64,000 nt of DNA, taken from positions 23,353 through 87,352 of the forward strand of contig JBGCFH010000036.1 in assembly GCA_045106825.1 (NCBI GenBank), read 5' to 3'. Both the position numbers and the translations under genes were made by a program. Shown one piece after another: positions 36,904 through 48,097 of this stretch. This DNA is from Saprospiraceae bacterium (lineage in GTDB: Bacteria; Bacteroidota; Bacteroidia; Chitinophagales; Saprospiraceae). Under the pieces are notes generated by a model. It was not told the origin of the DNA. It searched no databases and saw only the letters and a program-made list of their open reading frames with translations. Within the stretch, counting starts at the first letter, position 1. Every line of letters begins with the position of its first letter.

Positions 36904-38012
36904 TTTTGTGTAATACTTGTTATTTTATCCAAATAAAAATCAATAATACGCTTTTCACTAAACTGTTCTTTAACAATTCGTCGTCCTGCTCTTCCCATTT
37001 CAATTCTCTTTTCTTTCGATAACGAGATAAATTTTTCAATAGTTTCTTCCAAACTTTGAATACTTTTTGGTTCACATAGAAAGCCATTAATGCCATCTTG
37101 TACAACTTCTCGACACCCTACATTATCTGTTGTAATAATTGGTTTTCCCATACTCGCAGCTTCCAATAAAATTCGAGATACCCCTTCTCTATAAAAAGAA
37201 GGAAAAATAATACAATCAGATTCTGCAATAAAAGGACGAATATCAGCAGTATCGCCTAAATAATTAATAATACCTCGCTCGTGTTTTTCTTGGATTTCTT
37301 GTAGAGTAATACTATTAGGATTTTTTGAATCTATAAAACCTAATATAGAAAAGATAATTGATTCATCTTTAATTTTTTCGGCAGTATCTATAAGAATTTC
37401 AAGACCTTTATCTTTAATTAATCTTCCTGCAAAAAGAAAATTAATCTTACTATCTTTTTTAAAAGACTTTTGTGGTGTAAAGTGTTTAGTATTAATGCCT
37501 TCACTATTTAGGAGTACTACTTTATCTTCTGTTATAATTTTTTCTTTAAGAAAATCCTTAACATCTTGTTCATTTAAAAACCACATTTCTTTACATAGTT
37601 TACCTGCCAAACAGTATAATTGTTTAGTGATTTTTTTCGTAAAGAAATTTCGATAGAAAAGATGTCCTAATCCTGTAGTAACAGCAATAGAAGGAATATC
37701 ATTTATATATGCAGCTAATGTTCCATATATATTTGGTTTTATTGTATAATGAAATATAATACAAGGTCTTATTTTTCTATATAATATCACTAAAGAAATT
37801 ATAGTACGAATATCTTTAAAAGGATTAGTACCATAATTATCTAATTTTATATCAAAATAATCACATCCAACCTCTTCTAATTTTAAGCTGTAATCGTCAA
37901 ATGGAGCTATCACTACTACTTTGAAGCCTTTTAGTAGTAATGCTTTTACGATACCTAATCGAAAGTTATAAAGACTCCAAGAAGTATTTGCAACAAAGAT
38001 AATAGACTTCAC
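36900..38012 (-). CDS. Glycosyltransferase family 4
   Basis: N-terminus FVANTSWSLYNFRLGIVKALLLKGFKV and C-terminus SFYREGVSRILLEAASMGKPIITTDNVGCREVVQDGINGFL. Confidence 0.8.
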   Translation of the reverse strand: MKSIIFVANTSWSLYNFRLGIVKALLLKGFKVVVIAPFDDYSLKLEEVGCDYFDIKLDNYGTNPFKDIRTIISLVILYRKIRPCIIFHYTIKPNIYGTLAAYINDIPSIAVTTGLGHLFYRNFFTKKITKQLYCLAGKLCKEMWFLNEQDVKDFLKEKIITEDKVVLLNSEGINTKHFTPQKSFKKDSKINFLFAGRLIKDKGLEILIDTAEKIKDESIIFSILGFIDSKNPNSITLQEIQEKHERGIINYLGDTADIRPFIAESDCIIFPSFYREGVSRILLEAASMGKPIITTDNVGCREVVQDGINGFLCEPKSIQSLEETIEKFISLSKEKRIEMGRAGRRIVKEQFSEKRIIDFYLDKITSITQN

Positions 38013-38165
38013 ACAATATTTTTATAGTCTTTAATAATTTGGACATTAGACAAAAAATGTTAGATAATATACTAACAGTAATTAAATTTACTGATTATCA
38101 AAACAAAATACAGATTAATAGTGTATTGTGTAAATAAGTCTAATATCTATTTATCTAAAATACCA

Positions 38166-39773
38166 TTAATAATCATAATACCAATTTACAAAGTTAGTCT
38201 TAAAACCTAAATAAATAAAACTATCCACAGTAGACTGTAAGTTTCTAATTTCTACTTCAGGTTTAATGCCTCTGTAACGATACCCCAACTCTACATGAAA
38301 ATTAGATCGAGGATTAATAATATAACCTACTGAAATATCAGCATAAGTTGTCGTTGTTTTTACACCTTGTAGTAATTTATTACCAAAACTTTGTTCCCGA
38401 TTATCATAAGGTTGATTAATATCTGCTCCCCAATGTGAACCTAAAGTATCTACACCTTGAAGCGCATACATCAATTGAAATTTACTCGTAAATCTATCTT
38501 TTTGATAGCGAATAATTGACATAGACTCTATAAAATTCGCACCTAACGGATGTGCTAATGCTAAGTTACTATTCGCATAATTTTGTAATGGAGTCTTGTG
38601 CGAATAAGTATAAAAAGTTGCTGAGTTAATTTCTGTTTGTACGGTTAAATTGGGAATAATGGTATTAAACGATTTTACACCTAATTGCCAACCATATTTA
38701 TTACCCCACCAACCTTGACCTCTATTATTTTTTGCTAATGAAAATTCATCAAAAATGAATTGTCCATAAGCATGAATATCATCAGTAATTTTATATTTTG
38801 CATTAAAACCTATTAAGGCATTTCCACCTCTTGAACCAATTTCAAACTCGATTGGTCTATAAAAAATAACTGGATTTAAGTAATGAACATCAAACCCTCG
38901 TATATTTGAACTGTCTTGATAAATAACAGTTTCAAATAATCCAATATTCAATCTGGGTGTAATATTCCAAGATAAATGATGAGAAGTAACATATTTTCTT
39001 GGATAAATACTTTGCGATGTTAAACCACTTCTTACATCAATCATTGAGGTATATAAATTGGTGTATTGAATATTCCAAAAAGAAGTAGTTACTTTAAAAT
39101 AGGGAGAAAATGTAGAATAGTCAGATAATAACATAGAACGATAACCATCGCCTATAAAGTTTTTCCCTTGTCCTAACTGAAACTGAAAAAATTTATTTGG
39201 TTGATACGTCACTTGTCCAGTAGCATTGAGTGTACTTTGTTGTCTTTGACCATTACTTGCATTAAATATTCTCAACGCTCCATTTCCATTGAATGTTCGA
39301 GTATCATCATTACGATTCGTTAAATAATCAGGAAAAACAGAACTTCCTAAATAAATATCTGAAGAATAAAATACTTTTTCGCCAATACTTCCTTCAATCC
39401 TTCCTCCTCTGATAAACATTCCAAAAGCCGTATCTGATGCTATTCCTGTGCTCAAACCCAGTAAAAGATTACCAGTTATATTGTATTCTCCTTCTTCTTC
39501 TACTTCAAATAAATTTTCATTAAAAGCAAATCTTGAAAAATTATTTTTTGCTGGAATTATTAGTTCCTCTACTATACTATCCGCAATAGCATAAATTTCT
39601 TTAGAAGCATAAGGCTTAAATCCTGTATGAAAATTAGAATTTTTCCTATGCAAATTTGCTTCATATAAGTTTCCAGTTTCGTGTTGTATTGGTAAAACTA
39701 TATTTTGAGAAAATCCTGTTTTCACAAGAATCGACAACAAAAAACAAACTATTATTTTAATGTTTATTTTCAT
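38166..39773 (-). CDS. Outer-membrane beta-barrel protein, capsule-assembly Wzi-like
   Basis: Signal peptide MKINIKIIVCFLLSILVKTGFSQ. Alternating amphipathic strands rich in Y/G/N along the whole length. C-terminal aromatic end ..NWYYDY. Located inside the glycan locus. The family assignment is tentative. Confidence 0.45.
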   Translation of the reverse strand: MKINIKIIVCFLLSILVKTGFSQNIVLPIQHETGNLYEANLHRKNSNFHTGFKPYASKEIYAIADSIVEELIIPAKNNFSRFAFNENLFEVEEEGEYNITGNLLLGLSTGIASDTAFGMFIRGGRIEGSIGEKVFYSSDIYLGSSVFPDYLTNRNDDTRTFNGNGALRIFNASNGQRQQSTLNATGQVTYQPNKFFQFQLGQGKNFIGDGYRSMLLSDYSTFSPYFKVTTSFWNIQYTNLYTSMIDVRSGLTSQSIYPRKYVTSHHLSWNITPRLNIGLFETVIYQDSSNIRGFDVHYLNPVIFYRPIEFEIGSRGGNALIGFNAKYKITDDIHAYGQFIFDEFSLAKNNRGQGWWGNKYGWQLGVKSFNTIIPNLTVQTEINSATFYTYSHKTPLQNYANSNLALAHPLGANFIESMSIIRYQKDRFTSKFQLMYALQGVDTLGSHWGADINQPYDNREQSFGNKLLQGVKTTTTYADISVGYIINPRSNFHVELGYRYRGIKPEVEIRNLQSTVDSFIYLGFKTNFVNWYYDY

Positions 39774-39905
39774 ATTTTTTAATTAAGAAGTGTTTGAGCC
39801 AATTTTTTGTATCTTGATGTAAGTGTTTTTTAGTAAAAACTTACTTAATTAGAACTTATCTAAAATTTATTCTGATTTCTTATCAATAAAAATTTAGATA
39901 CGCAC

Positions 39906-40982
39906 TTACTTTGTTGCTGTCATTTTGGATGAAATATAAGATAGTAATGAAGAGGATGCAATAGCCAATCCTATAATAATCATCATTAATCCGAATATAC
40001 CTAAAGATTGAAAATAGAAAGCTATCAATACAAAAATAATATTAACTAAAACCAGTACACCTGTAGCTTGTATATGTGATAATCCAGTGTTTAGGAGAAA
40101 ATGATGTGTGTGCGTTTTGTCAGGCATAAAAGGTGAGCGGCCTTTAAGAATTCGAGTGATAAAAACCTTGAGTGTATCAAATAATGGAATGATTAATATA
40201 CCAACTACAATTGCAGGAGCAGCTTCCATTTTATAAATCCCTAAATATGGTTTTTCTATTAATTTTTCAGCAAAGTAATCATTGTGAGTCTCTAAACATT
40301 TGATAGCCAAAATCGTACAGACAAAGCCGACTAACATCGAACCTGTATCTCCCATAAAGATGTCTGCTGGTGTCCAATTGTATTTTAGAAAAGCAACCAA
40401 TGCTCCAGTAAGTGCAAAAGCAACCATTGCTAATTCTACTCGTTCTATCAGAAAAAACCATGTTCCAAAAACTAAAGAAACGACAATACCTATACTCGCA
40501 GCTAATCCATTTATTCCATCAATTAAGTTAAAAGCATTTATAAGTAAAATAATAACAAAAATGGAAAATAAAATACTGAACCATTCGTAAAGTTCATAGA
40601 TACCAAACAAACCATAAAAATTATCTATTACTACATCAGCCCTAAAAACTAAAATAATTGCCACAAGAATTTGTCCACTTAACTTACGTGATGGACTCAT
40701 CGGAACAATATCATCCTTTGCACCAATTAAAAAGATAATAATCATTGCAGCTAAAATATACTGCAAGTTGGCAAAATAACTAAATGGTGTCCATAATGTA
40801 ATTGCAAAGACAGTTCCAGCAAAAATAGCAATTCCTCCTAATGATGGAGTTGGAACATAATGCGCTGCTCGTTCGCCAGGAACATCGACAAGTTTTTTTA
40901 CTTTTGCAACTCTAATAACAGAAGGAACTATTACATAAGTAATAGCAAAAGCAGTAATGAAACTTAGGATAATATCGTACAT
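39906..40982 (-). CDS. Polyprenyl-phosphate HexNAc-1-phosphate transferase (MraY/WecA family), initiating enzyme
   Basis: About 10 TM helices with GAKDDI, NAFNLIDGINGLA and DTGSM motifs typical of WecA/WbpL-type transferases. Confidence 0.8.
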   Translation of the reverse strand: MYDIILSFITAFAITYVIVPSVIRVAKVKKLVDVPGERAAHYVPTPSLGGIAIFAGTVFAITLWTPFSYFANLQYILAAMIIIFLIGAKDDIVPMSPSRKLSGQILVAIILVFRADVVIDNFYGLFGIYELYEWFSILFSIFVIILLINAFNLIDGINGLAASIGIVVSLVFGTWFFLIERVELAMVAFALTGALVAFLKYNWTPADIFMGDTGSMLVGFVCTILAIKCLETHNDYFAEKLIEKPYLGIYKMEAAPAIVVGILIIPLFDTLKVFITRILKGRSPFMPDKTHTHHFLLNTGLSHIQATGVLVLVNIIFVLIAFYFQSLGIFGLMMIIIGLAIASSSLLSYISSKMTATK

Positions 40983-41116
40983 TTAACTTTTATTTATAAT
41001 CAATTATAAGTACGAAAATACAAATTATTGTATATCCGTATGTTATGACTCCATAACTTTATAAGTTCGTTTTATTTCTAACAAAATGAGCTTATAAATT
41101 TTTGTAAATATAACTT

Positions 41117-41135
41117 TTTTTAGCAAAAAATATTT
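41117..41135 (-). promoter_or_regulatory. Copy C (partial) of the conserved intergenic motif, upstream of the WecA-like gene
   Basis: ttttagcaaaaaatattta is identical over 19 nt to part of copy B (12198-12242). It lies about 140 nt upstream of the ATG at 40982 on the same strand. Confidence 0.3.
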
Positions 41136-41367
41136 ACGTAGCGAAAAGCATATAAAATTAGATTATTTCATACTTCCACCTAAAATATAAAACAATCAGG
41201 GATAAATACTACATCATATTACCTACCAAAATCATCCTGTATACGTACACATCTTCGTTAGAAAGATTATTAGCATCTATAGTTTCGAAAATAGTCATCT
41301 GATAGTATGTTGAAGTCTTGAGTCGATATTATAATTCGTACTTCAACACATCATTAAATCAATACTC

Positions 41368-42300
41368 TTAATACCAATTTTTATCTTTTAATGATTCGTA
41401 AACAGTACGGACACCATCTTCTAATGATGTTTTTGCGATCCAACCTGCATTTGTCAATTTATCGACATTCATTAATTTACGAGGTGTGCCATCGGGTTTC
41501 GTTAAGTCATGCACGATTTGTCCTTCATAACCGATAATTGTCTTCACTAATAATGCCAAATCTTTTATTGCTATGTCTTCACCTACACCAATGTTAATTG
41601 GTCCTTCCGCTTCATAGGTCTGCATCAAATAATAACAGGCATCTGCTAAATCATCTGCATGTAAAAATTCACGTTTTGGTGTTCCTGTTCCCCACATCAT
41701 AACACTTGCTTCATTGTTTTTCTTAGCTACATGAAACTTACGAATTAATGCTGGTAAAACGTGAGACTTCTCTAAATCATAATTATCATTAGGGCCATAA
41801 AGATTCGTTGGCATTACAGAAATAAAATTACAACCATACTGTGCACGATAAGCATCACACATTTTGATACCAGCAATTTTTGCAATTGCATAAGGTTCAT
41901 TTGTTGGTTCTAAAATACCTGTCAATAAGGCATCTTCTTTCATCGGTTGTTCCGCAAATTTTGGATAAATACACGATGATCCTAAAAACATTAATTTTTG
42001 TACATTATTTAGGTAAGATTGATGAATTACATTATTTTGAATCATCAAATTTTCATAAATAAATTGTCCTCTGTAAATGTTGTTAGCTAAAATACCACCA
42101 ACTTTAGCAGCAGCCAAAAAAACATAATCAGGTTTTTCGATTTCAAAAAAATTGGCAACAGCAGCTTGATTTCTTAAATCCAGTTCTTTTGAAGTCCGAA
42201 ATATAATATTATTATAACCTTCAATTTGAAGTTTTCGAATAATAGCAGAACCAACCATCCCTCGATGTCCAGCAACATAAATTTTATCCGTTGTCTTCAT
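41368..42300 (-). CDS. fcl: GDP-L-fucose synthase (GDP-4-keto-6-deoxy-D-mannose 3,5-epimerase/4-reductase)
   Basis: [21 protein letters not shown] and PYAIAKIAG (YxxxK). 310 aa. The start overlaps the gmd stop by 1 nt (TAATG). Confidence 0.92.
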   Translation of the reverse strand: MKTTDKIYVAGHRGMVGSAIIRKLQIEGYNNIIFRTSKELDLRNQAAVANFFEIEKPDYVFLAAAKVGGILANNIYRGQFIYENLMIQNNVIHQSYLNNVQKLMFLGSSCIYPKFAEQPMKEDALLTGILEPTNEPYAIAKIAGIKMCDAYRAQYGCNFISVMPTNLYGPNDNYDLEKSHVLPALIRKFHVAKKNNEASVMMWGTGTPKREFLHADDLADACYYLMQTYEAEGPINIGVGEDIAIKDLALLVKTIIGYEGQIVHDLTKPDGTPRKLMNVDKLTNAGWIAKTSLEDGVRTVYESLKDKNWY

Positions 42301-43412
42301 TATTCAAATTCATTTTTAATTTTGAAACCCGCTTCTTTCAAAAACTGATCTCTTTTAAATAATTCAATATCTGCTTGAACCATTTCACTACAAAGCATCT
42401 GTAAATCATACTTTGGCTCCCATCCTAATTTCGTTTTTGACTTTGTTGGGTCTCCTATCAACAATTCAACTTCTGTAGGTCTAAAATATTTTGGGTCAAC
42501 GGCAACCACTTCTTTTCCAATCTCTAATAAGAAGTCTGGATTTGTACTTGCTACTACAACTCCTTTTTCGTCTATTCCCTCGCCTTTAAATTCCAATTCC
42601 ACTCCTATCTCACGAAATGACATTTTTACAAAATCTCGCACAGAAGTTGTTATTCCTGTCGCTATCACAAAATCTTCTGGTGTTTCCTGTTGTAAAATCA
42701 TCCACTGAGCTTCCACATAATCTTTAGCATGTCCCCAGTCACGTTTTGCATCCATATTACCAAGATAAAGTTTATCTTGTAAACCTAATCCCATTTTAGC
42801 TACAGCACGAGTGATTTTTCGAGTAACAAAAGTTTCACCTCGCAATGGACTTTCATGATTGAATAATATGCCGTTACAAGCATAAATTCCATATGCCTCT
42901 CGATAATTCACCACTATCCAATAAGCATATAACTTAGCTACTGCGTAAGGAGAACGTGGATAAAAGGGCGTAGTTTCCTTTTGAGGTACTTCTTGTACCA
43001 ATCCGTACAACTCCGATGTAGAAGCTTGATAAAATTTTGTTTTTTTACCTAATCCTAAGATGCGAATAGCTTCTAACAGCCTTAAAGTACCTAAAGCATC
43101 TACATCCGCAGAATATTCAGGAATTTCAAAACTCACCTTTACATGAGACATCGCTCCCAAGTTATAAATTTCATCAGGTTGTACCTCTTGTATAATACGA
43201 ATGAGATTAGTAGAATCTGTCAGATCTCCATAGTGTAATATAAAATTTCGATTATCTACATAAGGATCTTGATAAATATGATCTACTCTATGAGTATTAA
43301 ACAAAGAGCTACGTCGTTTTATACCATGTACGATGTAGCCCTTTTTTATTAAAAACTCGGCTAAGTATGCACCATCTTGACCAGTGATGCCTGTTATTAG
43401 TGCTTTTTTCAT
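42300..43412 (-). CDS. gmd: GDP-mannose 4,6-dehydratase
   Basis: [39 protein letters not shown] and [18 protein letters not shown] are canonical Gmd blocks. Confidence 0.95.
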   Translation of the reverse strand: MKKALITGITGQDGAYLAEFLIKKGYIVHGIKRRSSLFNTHRVDHIYQDPYVDNRNFILHYGDLTDSTNLIRIIQEVQPDEIYNLGAMSHVKVSFEIPEYSADVDALGTLRLLEAIRILGLGKKTKFYQASTSELYGLVQEVPQKETTPFYPRSPYAVAKLYAYWIVVNYREAYGIYACNGILFNHESPLRGETFVTRKITRAVAKMGLGLQDKLYLGNMDAKRDWGHAKDYVEAQWMILQQETPEDFVIATGITTSVRDFVKMSFREIGVELEFKGEGIDEKGVVVASTNPDFLLEIGKEVVAVDPKYFRPTEVELLIGDPTKSKTKLGWEPKYDLQMLCSEMVQADIELFKRDQFLKEAGFKIKNEFE

Positions 43413-43433
43413 TTGAATATTTAACGGATAACT

Positions 43434-44426
43434 TTACACATCAAAATAATTACCATCTTCTTTGTACTCCTTATTTCGCCATTCTACCATATTTTTCAAG
43501 CCATCAATCGTAGAGTATTTAGGTTTAAAACCTGCCTCCAAGACTTTATTAGCTTTATGATAAGTTTCTGTACAGAATTTTTTAACTCTATTAGTCGAAA
43601 TAGGAAAATCTTTTCCTGTCCATTTGATTAAAATATCAAATGGAATACCCATTGTGTAAACTGCCCAATATGGTAAGGTTATCGGTTCTCTTTTGGATAA
43701 TGACTCTGTGATTGCAGAAGCAATCTCTCTACTGGTCAGTTGTGGTTCATCTGCATAATTATATATATCTACACCTGTTTTCATTTGTTTCATCAAAAAT
43801 AATGTAGCATCTACTATATTTTTCACATAAACGATTGACTTCACATTGTCTCCTTTGCCGATATGAAAATATCTTCCTGCTCTAATTTGATTTATCAACC
43901 GAAACATATTTGCAATGTTTCTTTCACCATAAACCACTGAAGGGCGAATAATTAATACCGACCGTGAAGCATCTTCTGCTGCCCACTTTTTTAATACTTT
44001 CTCTCCAGCTAATTTAGATTCTCCGTAAGGTAAGTTAGGGTTTGGTGGCATTTGTTCGGTAGAAGGTTCGGTATTACCTCCATAAACAGCTACTGATGAG
44101 TAGAATACAATATTCTTTATACCATACTTCGTAGCGGCTTCACAAATTACTTGAGTACCATACTCATTTGTTCTGAAGTAATCTTCTCGATTAATACCAA
44201 AATCTTTATGCTCTGCTGCTAAACTTACTATGACCTCGGGTTGAGAAGCTTCAATTGCTTTTTCAACATCTTCTTTTATCCTAATATCTCCTTTGATATA
44301 GTCAGCATTATGCTTAAATTTAGGTTCTCTCAAGTCTAAATTAGTAATTATTGTATTATTAATAGCTTTATGAAAGTGAGAACCTATAAACCCGGATGCT
44401 CCCGTAAAAAGAATTTTCTTACTCAT
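43434..44426 (-). CDS. NAD-dependent sugar-nucleotide epimerase/dehydratase (extended SDR)
   Basis: Rossmann ILFTGASGFIGSH and catalytic YGESKLAGE. Substrate unknown. Confidence 0.75.
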   Translation of the reverse strand: MSKKILFTGASGFIGSHFHKAINNTIITNLDLREPKFKHNADYIKGDIRIKEDVEKAIEASQPEVIVSLAAEHKDFGINREDYFRTNEYGTQVICEAATKYGIKNIVFYSSVAVYGGNTEPSTEQMPPNPNLPYGESKLAGEKVLKKWAAEDASRSVLIIRPSVVYGERNIANMFRLINQIRAGRYFHIGKGDNVKSIVYVKNIVDATLFLMKQMKTGVDIYNYADEPQLTSREIASAITESLSKREPITLPYWAVYTMGIPFDILIKWTGKDFPISTNRVKKFCTETYHKANKVLEAGFKPKYSTIDGLKNMVEWRNKEYKEDGNYFDV

Positions 44427-45574
44427 AGTATTTCTAAATATTTGGAATAAATACGTTTATAAATAATTTCATTTTGATATTTTGTTTCTGCTATTTCTCT
44501 ACTCCTTTTTCCCATAGTAGTCATTTTATTACCGTTGTAGATTTTTTCTATAGCTTCTTTTACAGCTTCCGCAGACTTGGGCAATACTAAATAGCCGTTT
44601 TCTCCTTCTTCTATCAATAAATTACACCCTGGACTATCAGTTGTAATAATAGGTAATCCTGTTGCTAAGGCTTCTAATCCTGTTCTTGGCAATCCTTCTC
44701 GGTAATAGCTGGGATATACATATAAATCTGAAATAGCTAAGAGTTCTGGTATATCACTTCTTCTTCCCAAAAAATCAATACTTCCTTCCACTCTATTTTC
44801 ATTAATAAATTCTTCTGTAACCGTTTCTGGGTTTTTAGGATCTGTATTTCCAACTATTTGAAGATAAAAATTAGGATATTGTTCCAAAAGAACTTTCATC
44901 GCCTGAACTACTTCTCGTACCCCTTTTTGCCAAACCAAACGACTAATAAACGTCATTATAAATTTATCTTCTAAATTTCGTTTATTTTTCAAAGCTTGAA
45001 TATCAAAATTTTGTTTATCAAACTTTTCAATATCCACACCACTTCCTTCTATGACACTATGCTTCTTCTTAAAAAGAGAAGTTAGCCAAAGCTCTTTTTC
45101 GTCGTCATGATTTTGGAAAATCAATCTATCTGCTATTATAAAATTAAACAAGAAGATCGCTTGACTGATAAATCTAAGGATACGAATTTTTGGTGTTTTT
45201 TTATCCGAAAATGCAACACCAAGTCCTGTGATATGAAGAACCAATTTAGATTTTCGAATCCCTAATGACGATATTGCAGCATATAAATTCGGTTGAAATT
45301 TAAACGAATGAACAATATCAAACTGATGTTCTTTAATTAACCCTCGAAAAATTTTAATCCGTTTTAGATTCGAAGAAATATTTGTATCATTTCTTTTGTA
45401 AGGATAAGTTAATAAGGATAAACCAGCGTTTTTTATAGTTTTGTAATGTTGTTCTTTTCCATTGTTAGGGACTAAAGCATAAACATTATAACCTTGTTTT
45501 TTTAAAAATACGCCTAACCTTAATCTTGAAGATACAAATTCGGAGCAAGTATGCTCAATCAGTAAGATTTTCAT
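44423..45574 (-). CDS. Glycosyltransferase family 4
   Basis: PSYYREGLPRTGLEALATGLPIITTDSPGCNLLIEEGENGYLV. Confidence 0.8.
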   Translation of the reverse strand: MKILLIEHTCSEFVSSRLRLGVFLKKQGYNVYALVPNNGKEQHYKTIKNAGLSLLTYPYKRNDTNISSNLKRIKIFRGLIKEHQFDIVHSFKFQPNLYAAISSLGIRKSKLVLHITGLGVAFSDKKTPKIRILRFISQAIFLFNFIIADRLIFQNHDDEKELWLTSLFKKKHSVIEGSGVDIEKFDKQNFDIQALKNKRNLEDKFIMTFISRLVWQKGVREVVQAMKVLLEQYPNFYLQIVGNTDPKNPETVTEEFINENRVEGSIDFLGRRSDIPELLAISDLYVYPSYYREGLPRTGLEALATGLPIITTDSPGCNLLIEEGENGYLVLPKSAEAVKEAIEKIYNGNKMTTMGKRSREIAETKYQNEIIYKRIYSKYLEIL

Positions 45575-45653
45575 AATTTCTTAAGTAAAATAATTCCATT
45601 TACTGTTACAAATGGATTAGGTTTTTTAATTAGTAATTTAGTTTTAAACAACT

Positions 45654-46243
45654 CTAAACGATGTAAATAATGGAAACATTCTGAATAATAATCCTGCCCA
45701 AAAAACTATAATATGTCTCTACAAAACACTCTACATCTTTAAATCTTTTGATATTACTTTTTATATGACCAAAACACCATTTGTAATATGATTTAAATTT
45801 CTTCTGATACTTCTTATCTCTATTTTGTTGTAAAAAAACAAGCCTGTCTGTAATAAAACATGGAATCAACAAGTTCATTAACATTAGTAAATTGAACAGC
45901 GTAGGAAAAAAATGACATGCTAAACCTCCTTTACTTAAAGAAATTTGAATATTTTCATAAAAAGATTTAACATTTTTTGTATGTTCTATAACCATGTTTG
46001 AAAGAAAAATCATGTTTTTCATTTAATGGTTTTTCTGTTATATCGTGCAATTCCTTTCGATAAGCATTGTCTGTTTTATCAAGTTCTTCGGAATCAATAT
46101 CAACCACAAAATAATCTATATTATTTTTGTTCATAAATTCTGCAAAAATCAAAGGGTTCACACCGCCTCCTGTTTCACATATTTTAGCTATTTTTTCTGT
46201 TACGATAAGAAGATGCTTGATGAGAAAACGAAATTTTTCTCAT
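45654..46243 (-). pseudogene. Class I SAM-dependent methyltransferase interrupted by two +1 frameshifts at homopolymer runs
   Basis: Three consecutive reading-frame pieces: MRKISFSHQASSYRNRKNS* (from the ATG at 46243), then ..KICETGGGVNPLIFAEFMNKNNIDYFVVDIDSEEL..EKHDFSFKHGYRTYKKC*, then MKNMIFLSNMVIEHTKNVKSFYENIQISLSKGGL... Removing one base from the T6 run at 46191-46196 and one from the A5 run at 46005-46009 restores ..NRKIAKICETGGG.. and ..EKHDFLSNMVIEH... Confidence 0.7.
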
Positions 46244-46284
46244 GCTAATATATAACTTTCATAATATATCTCTTAGTTTTCATT

Positions 46285-47181
46285 TTAATATCCTAAAATT
46301 CTAAAAAAAGGTTTAAACAATAAAAATAACCCTTTTTCCAAAAGGTTGAATTTATCGTTTTTCACTACTTCCTGAGATCTTATAATTATTTTACTCTTAC
46401 GTCTCATTCTATTTCCCGATACTCCTATTCCTCCTTGGACTTCTATCCCTTGCGATATATTATCAAAAGGTTGCTCATCAATTTCTAAGAAATTAGCAAC
46501 ATCTTTAAATGTTTCTTCTGTCTTTTCAATAAAATCTTCATATTTGAGCGAATATATTTTATATCCTTTTTTAGAGCTATAATAGTATTTAACACCCAAA
46601 TTTACCCAAGTCCAGTTAATCAAAGCTCGTATTGTTCCTCCTTTCAAGATTGCTTTTTTCCCTTTAACACCCGCTTCTAATAATCTATTTGAACCTTTTT
46701 TACCAAGAGAGTATATTACATCTTTAGGAGAACGAGTAAGATGTATAATTTTTACTTCATAACCTAAGTCTTTCAATAATTTAGGGCGATTAAAAGCATC
46801 CATTGCGTTTTTTGATGAATCCACAATAGTAATATCAGGTAGTCGTTCTGACAGTGTACTCATTAGAAAACTCCATATTTTAAAATACTTTTCACGTTGA
46901 ATTGATGTCGTACTTTTAAAAGGATTTTGAACATCGCAGGTTATATTATGCGCTTCTTCTAATGAAATCCCTACCTCTTTTTGGTATAGTTCTAAGATGT
47001 CATCCCAGATAGGTGCAAGTGTTTCTTTTTTATTCCATTCTTCAAACAAATACTTTATTTCACCTACTCCTTCAAGCTCAGGATGAGAACTAAGTATTGT
47101 ATCAAGAAGGGTAGATCCACTTCGACCATATCCTGCTACATAAATAATTCTTTTTCGTTTAGAGGTATTCATTAATATCAA
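46285..47181 (-). CDS. Sulfotransferase family protein (RSGST class)
   Basis: N-terminal loop IIYVAGYGRSGSTLLDTIL. Confidence 0.75.
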   Translation of the reverse strand: MILMNTSKRKRIIYVAGYGRSGSTLLDTILSSHPELEGVGEIKYLFEEWNKKETLAPIWDDILELYQKEVGISLEEAHNITCDVQNPFKSTTSIQREKYFKIWSFLMSTLSERLPDITIVDSSKNAMDAFNRPKLLKDLGYEVKIIHLTRSPKDVIYSLGKKGSNRLLEAGVKGKKAILKGGTIRALINWTWVNLGVKYYYSSKKGYKIYSLKYEDFIEKTEETFKDVANFLEIDEQPFDNISQGIEVQGGIGVSGNRMRRKSKIIIRSQEVVKNDKFNLLEKGLFLLFKPFFRILGY

Positions 47182-48097
47182 AGGTTTTCATCTTTTCGTG
47201 AATCATTTTGGTAATTACTTTTTTATCTTCTTGTTTTACTTGAACATTATTGATTCTTGGCATCTTAGTAGCAATTGTGTAATCATACTTATCCACATCT
47301 AAATTGAGATTTCCTAATAAATAATTAATTTCATCTATTGAGTTTCCTACTAATCTCTTATAGGATACATAAATTTTTCTATCCGAAGGAATTTCCTCTA
47401 AATCTCTTTTCAACCAATAGTTAGTTGCATAATATTGAAAAAAACATACATCTAGCAGCGTTTTGTTTTTCAATTTTTTCCAATTAGGTGGTAAAATAAA
47501 AGTCCAGTATTTTCCTGAAAAATCTTGCAATTCCAAGTCTGTCATTATAGGATATCCACTTTTATTAAATCGTCCTCTCCTTTTTGTATTTTCACTGGCT
47601 CGCCAACCAAAATACAATGACCGAATATTTGATATTGCATCTCTTTCAAGCACTAAATATTTACTATCAGGGAAAATAGTCTCTATTGCTTTCACTCGAA
47701 CTGCATTCTTAGGTGTTTTTTCCAAAAAAGAAATAGATGTAGATTTTAAAGGCAAAGAACCAGTACCTATTAGTTCTCCTGCTATTCGCTGAAAAAATCG
47801 AGCTCCTTTTCCTTCGTAAACATCAATATATCGTTTTAACTTACTTAAGTAAGCATAATTTACAGCCTTTCGATAAAAATTTCGCCTCAAATTATCAATG
47901 TCTTCTTCTTTCATAAAAAGATTTTCTGGTCTATTTGAAAAAGAAGTAAATAAGGTCGGATGAAGAGGGCCTTCCAAAATTTTATGTGACTCGGCAACTA
48001 AATGCCACAAGTCTTTATGCTGACTTAACAGGCGAAATAATAGTGTACTACCAGATCTTGGAGCCCCAAGTATTATAAATGTTTTATCCAAACCCAT
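47159..48097 (-). CDS. Sulfotransferase family protein (RSGST class)
   Basis: N-terminal loop FIILGAPRSGSTLLFRLL. Overlaps the downstream sulfotransferase gene by 23 nt. Confidence 0.75.
   Translation of the reverse strand: MGLDKTFIILGAPRSGSTLLFRLLSQHKDLWHLVAESHKILEGPLHPTLFTSFSNRPENLFMKEEDIDNLRRNFYRKAVNYAYLSKLKRYIDVYEGKGARFFQRIAGELIGTGSLPLKSTSISFLEKTPKNAVRVKAIETIFPDSKYLVLERDAISNIRSLYFGWRASENTKRRGRFNKSGYPIMTDLELQDFSGKYWTFILPPNWKKLKNKTLLDVCFFQYYATNYWLKRDLEEIPSDRKIYVSYKRLVGNSIDEINYLLGNLNLDVDKYDYTIATKMPRINNVQVKQEDKKVITKMIHEKMKTFDINEYL

Noticed and set aside
41309-41349. Hairpin tgttgaagt..acttcaaca downstream of fcl as a terminator.
   Set aside because: It has a 9-bp AT-rich stem with a 23-nt loop and no following T-tract on the coding strand. 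It is too weak to call.
45654-46161. Track ORFs 45654-46022 and 45967-46161 taken as two separate small genes.
   Set aside because: Their translations are consecutive parts of one class I methyltransferase (motif I ETGGG in one piece, post-I/II LSNMVIEH in the other). They are reported as one frameshifted gene.
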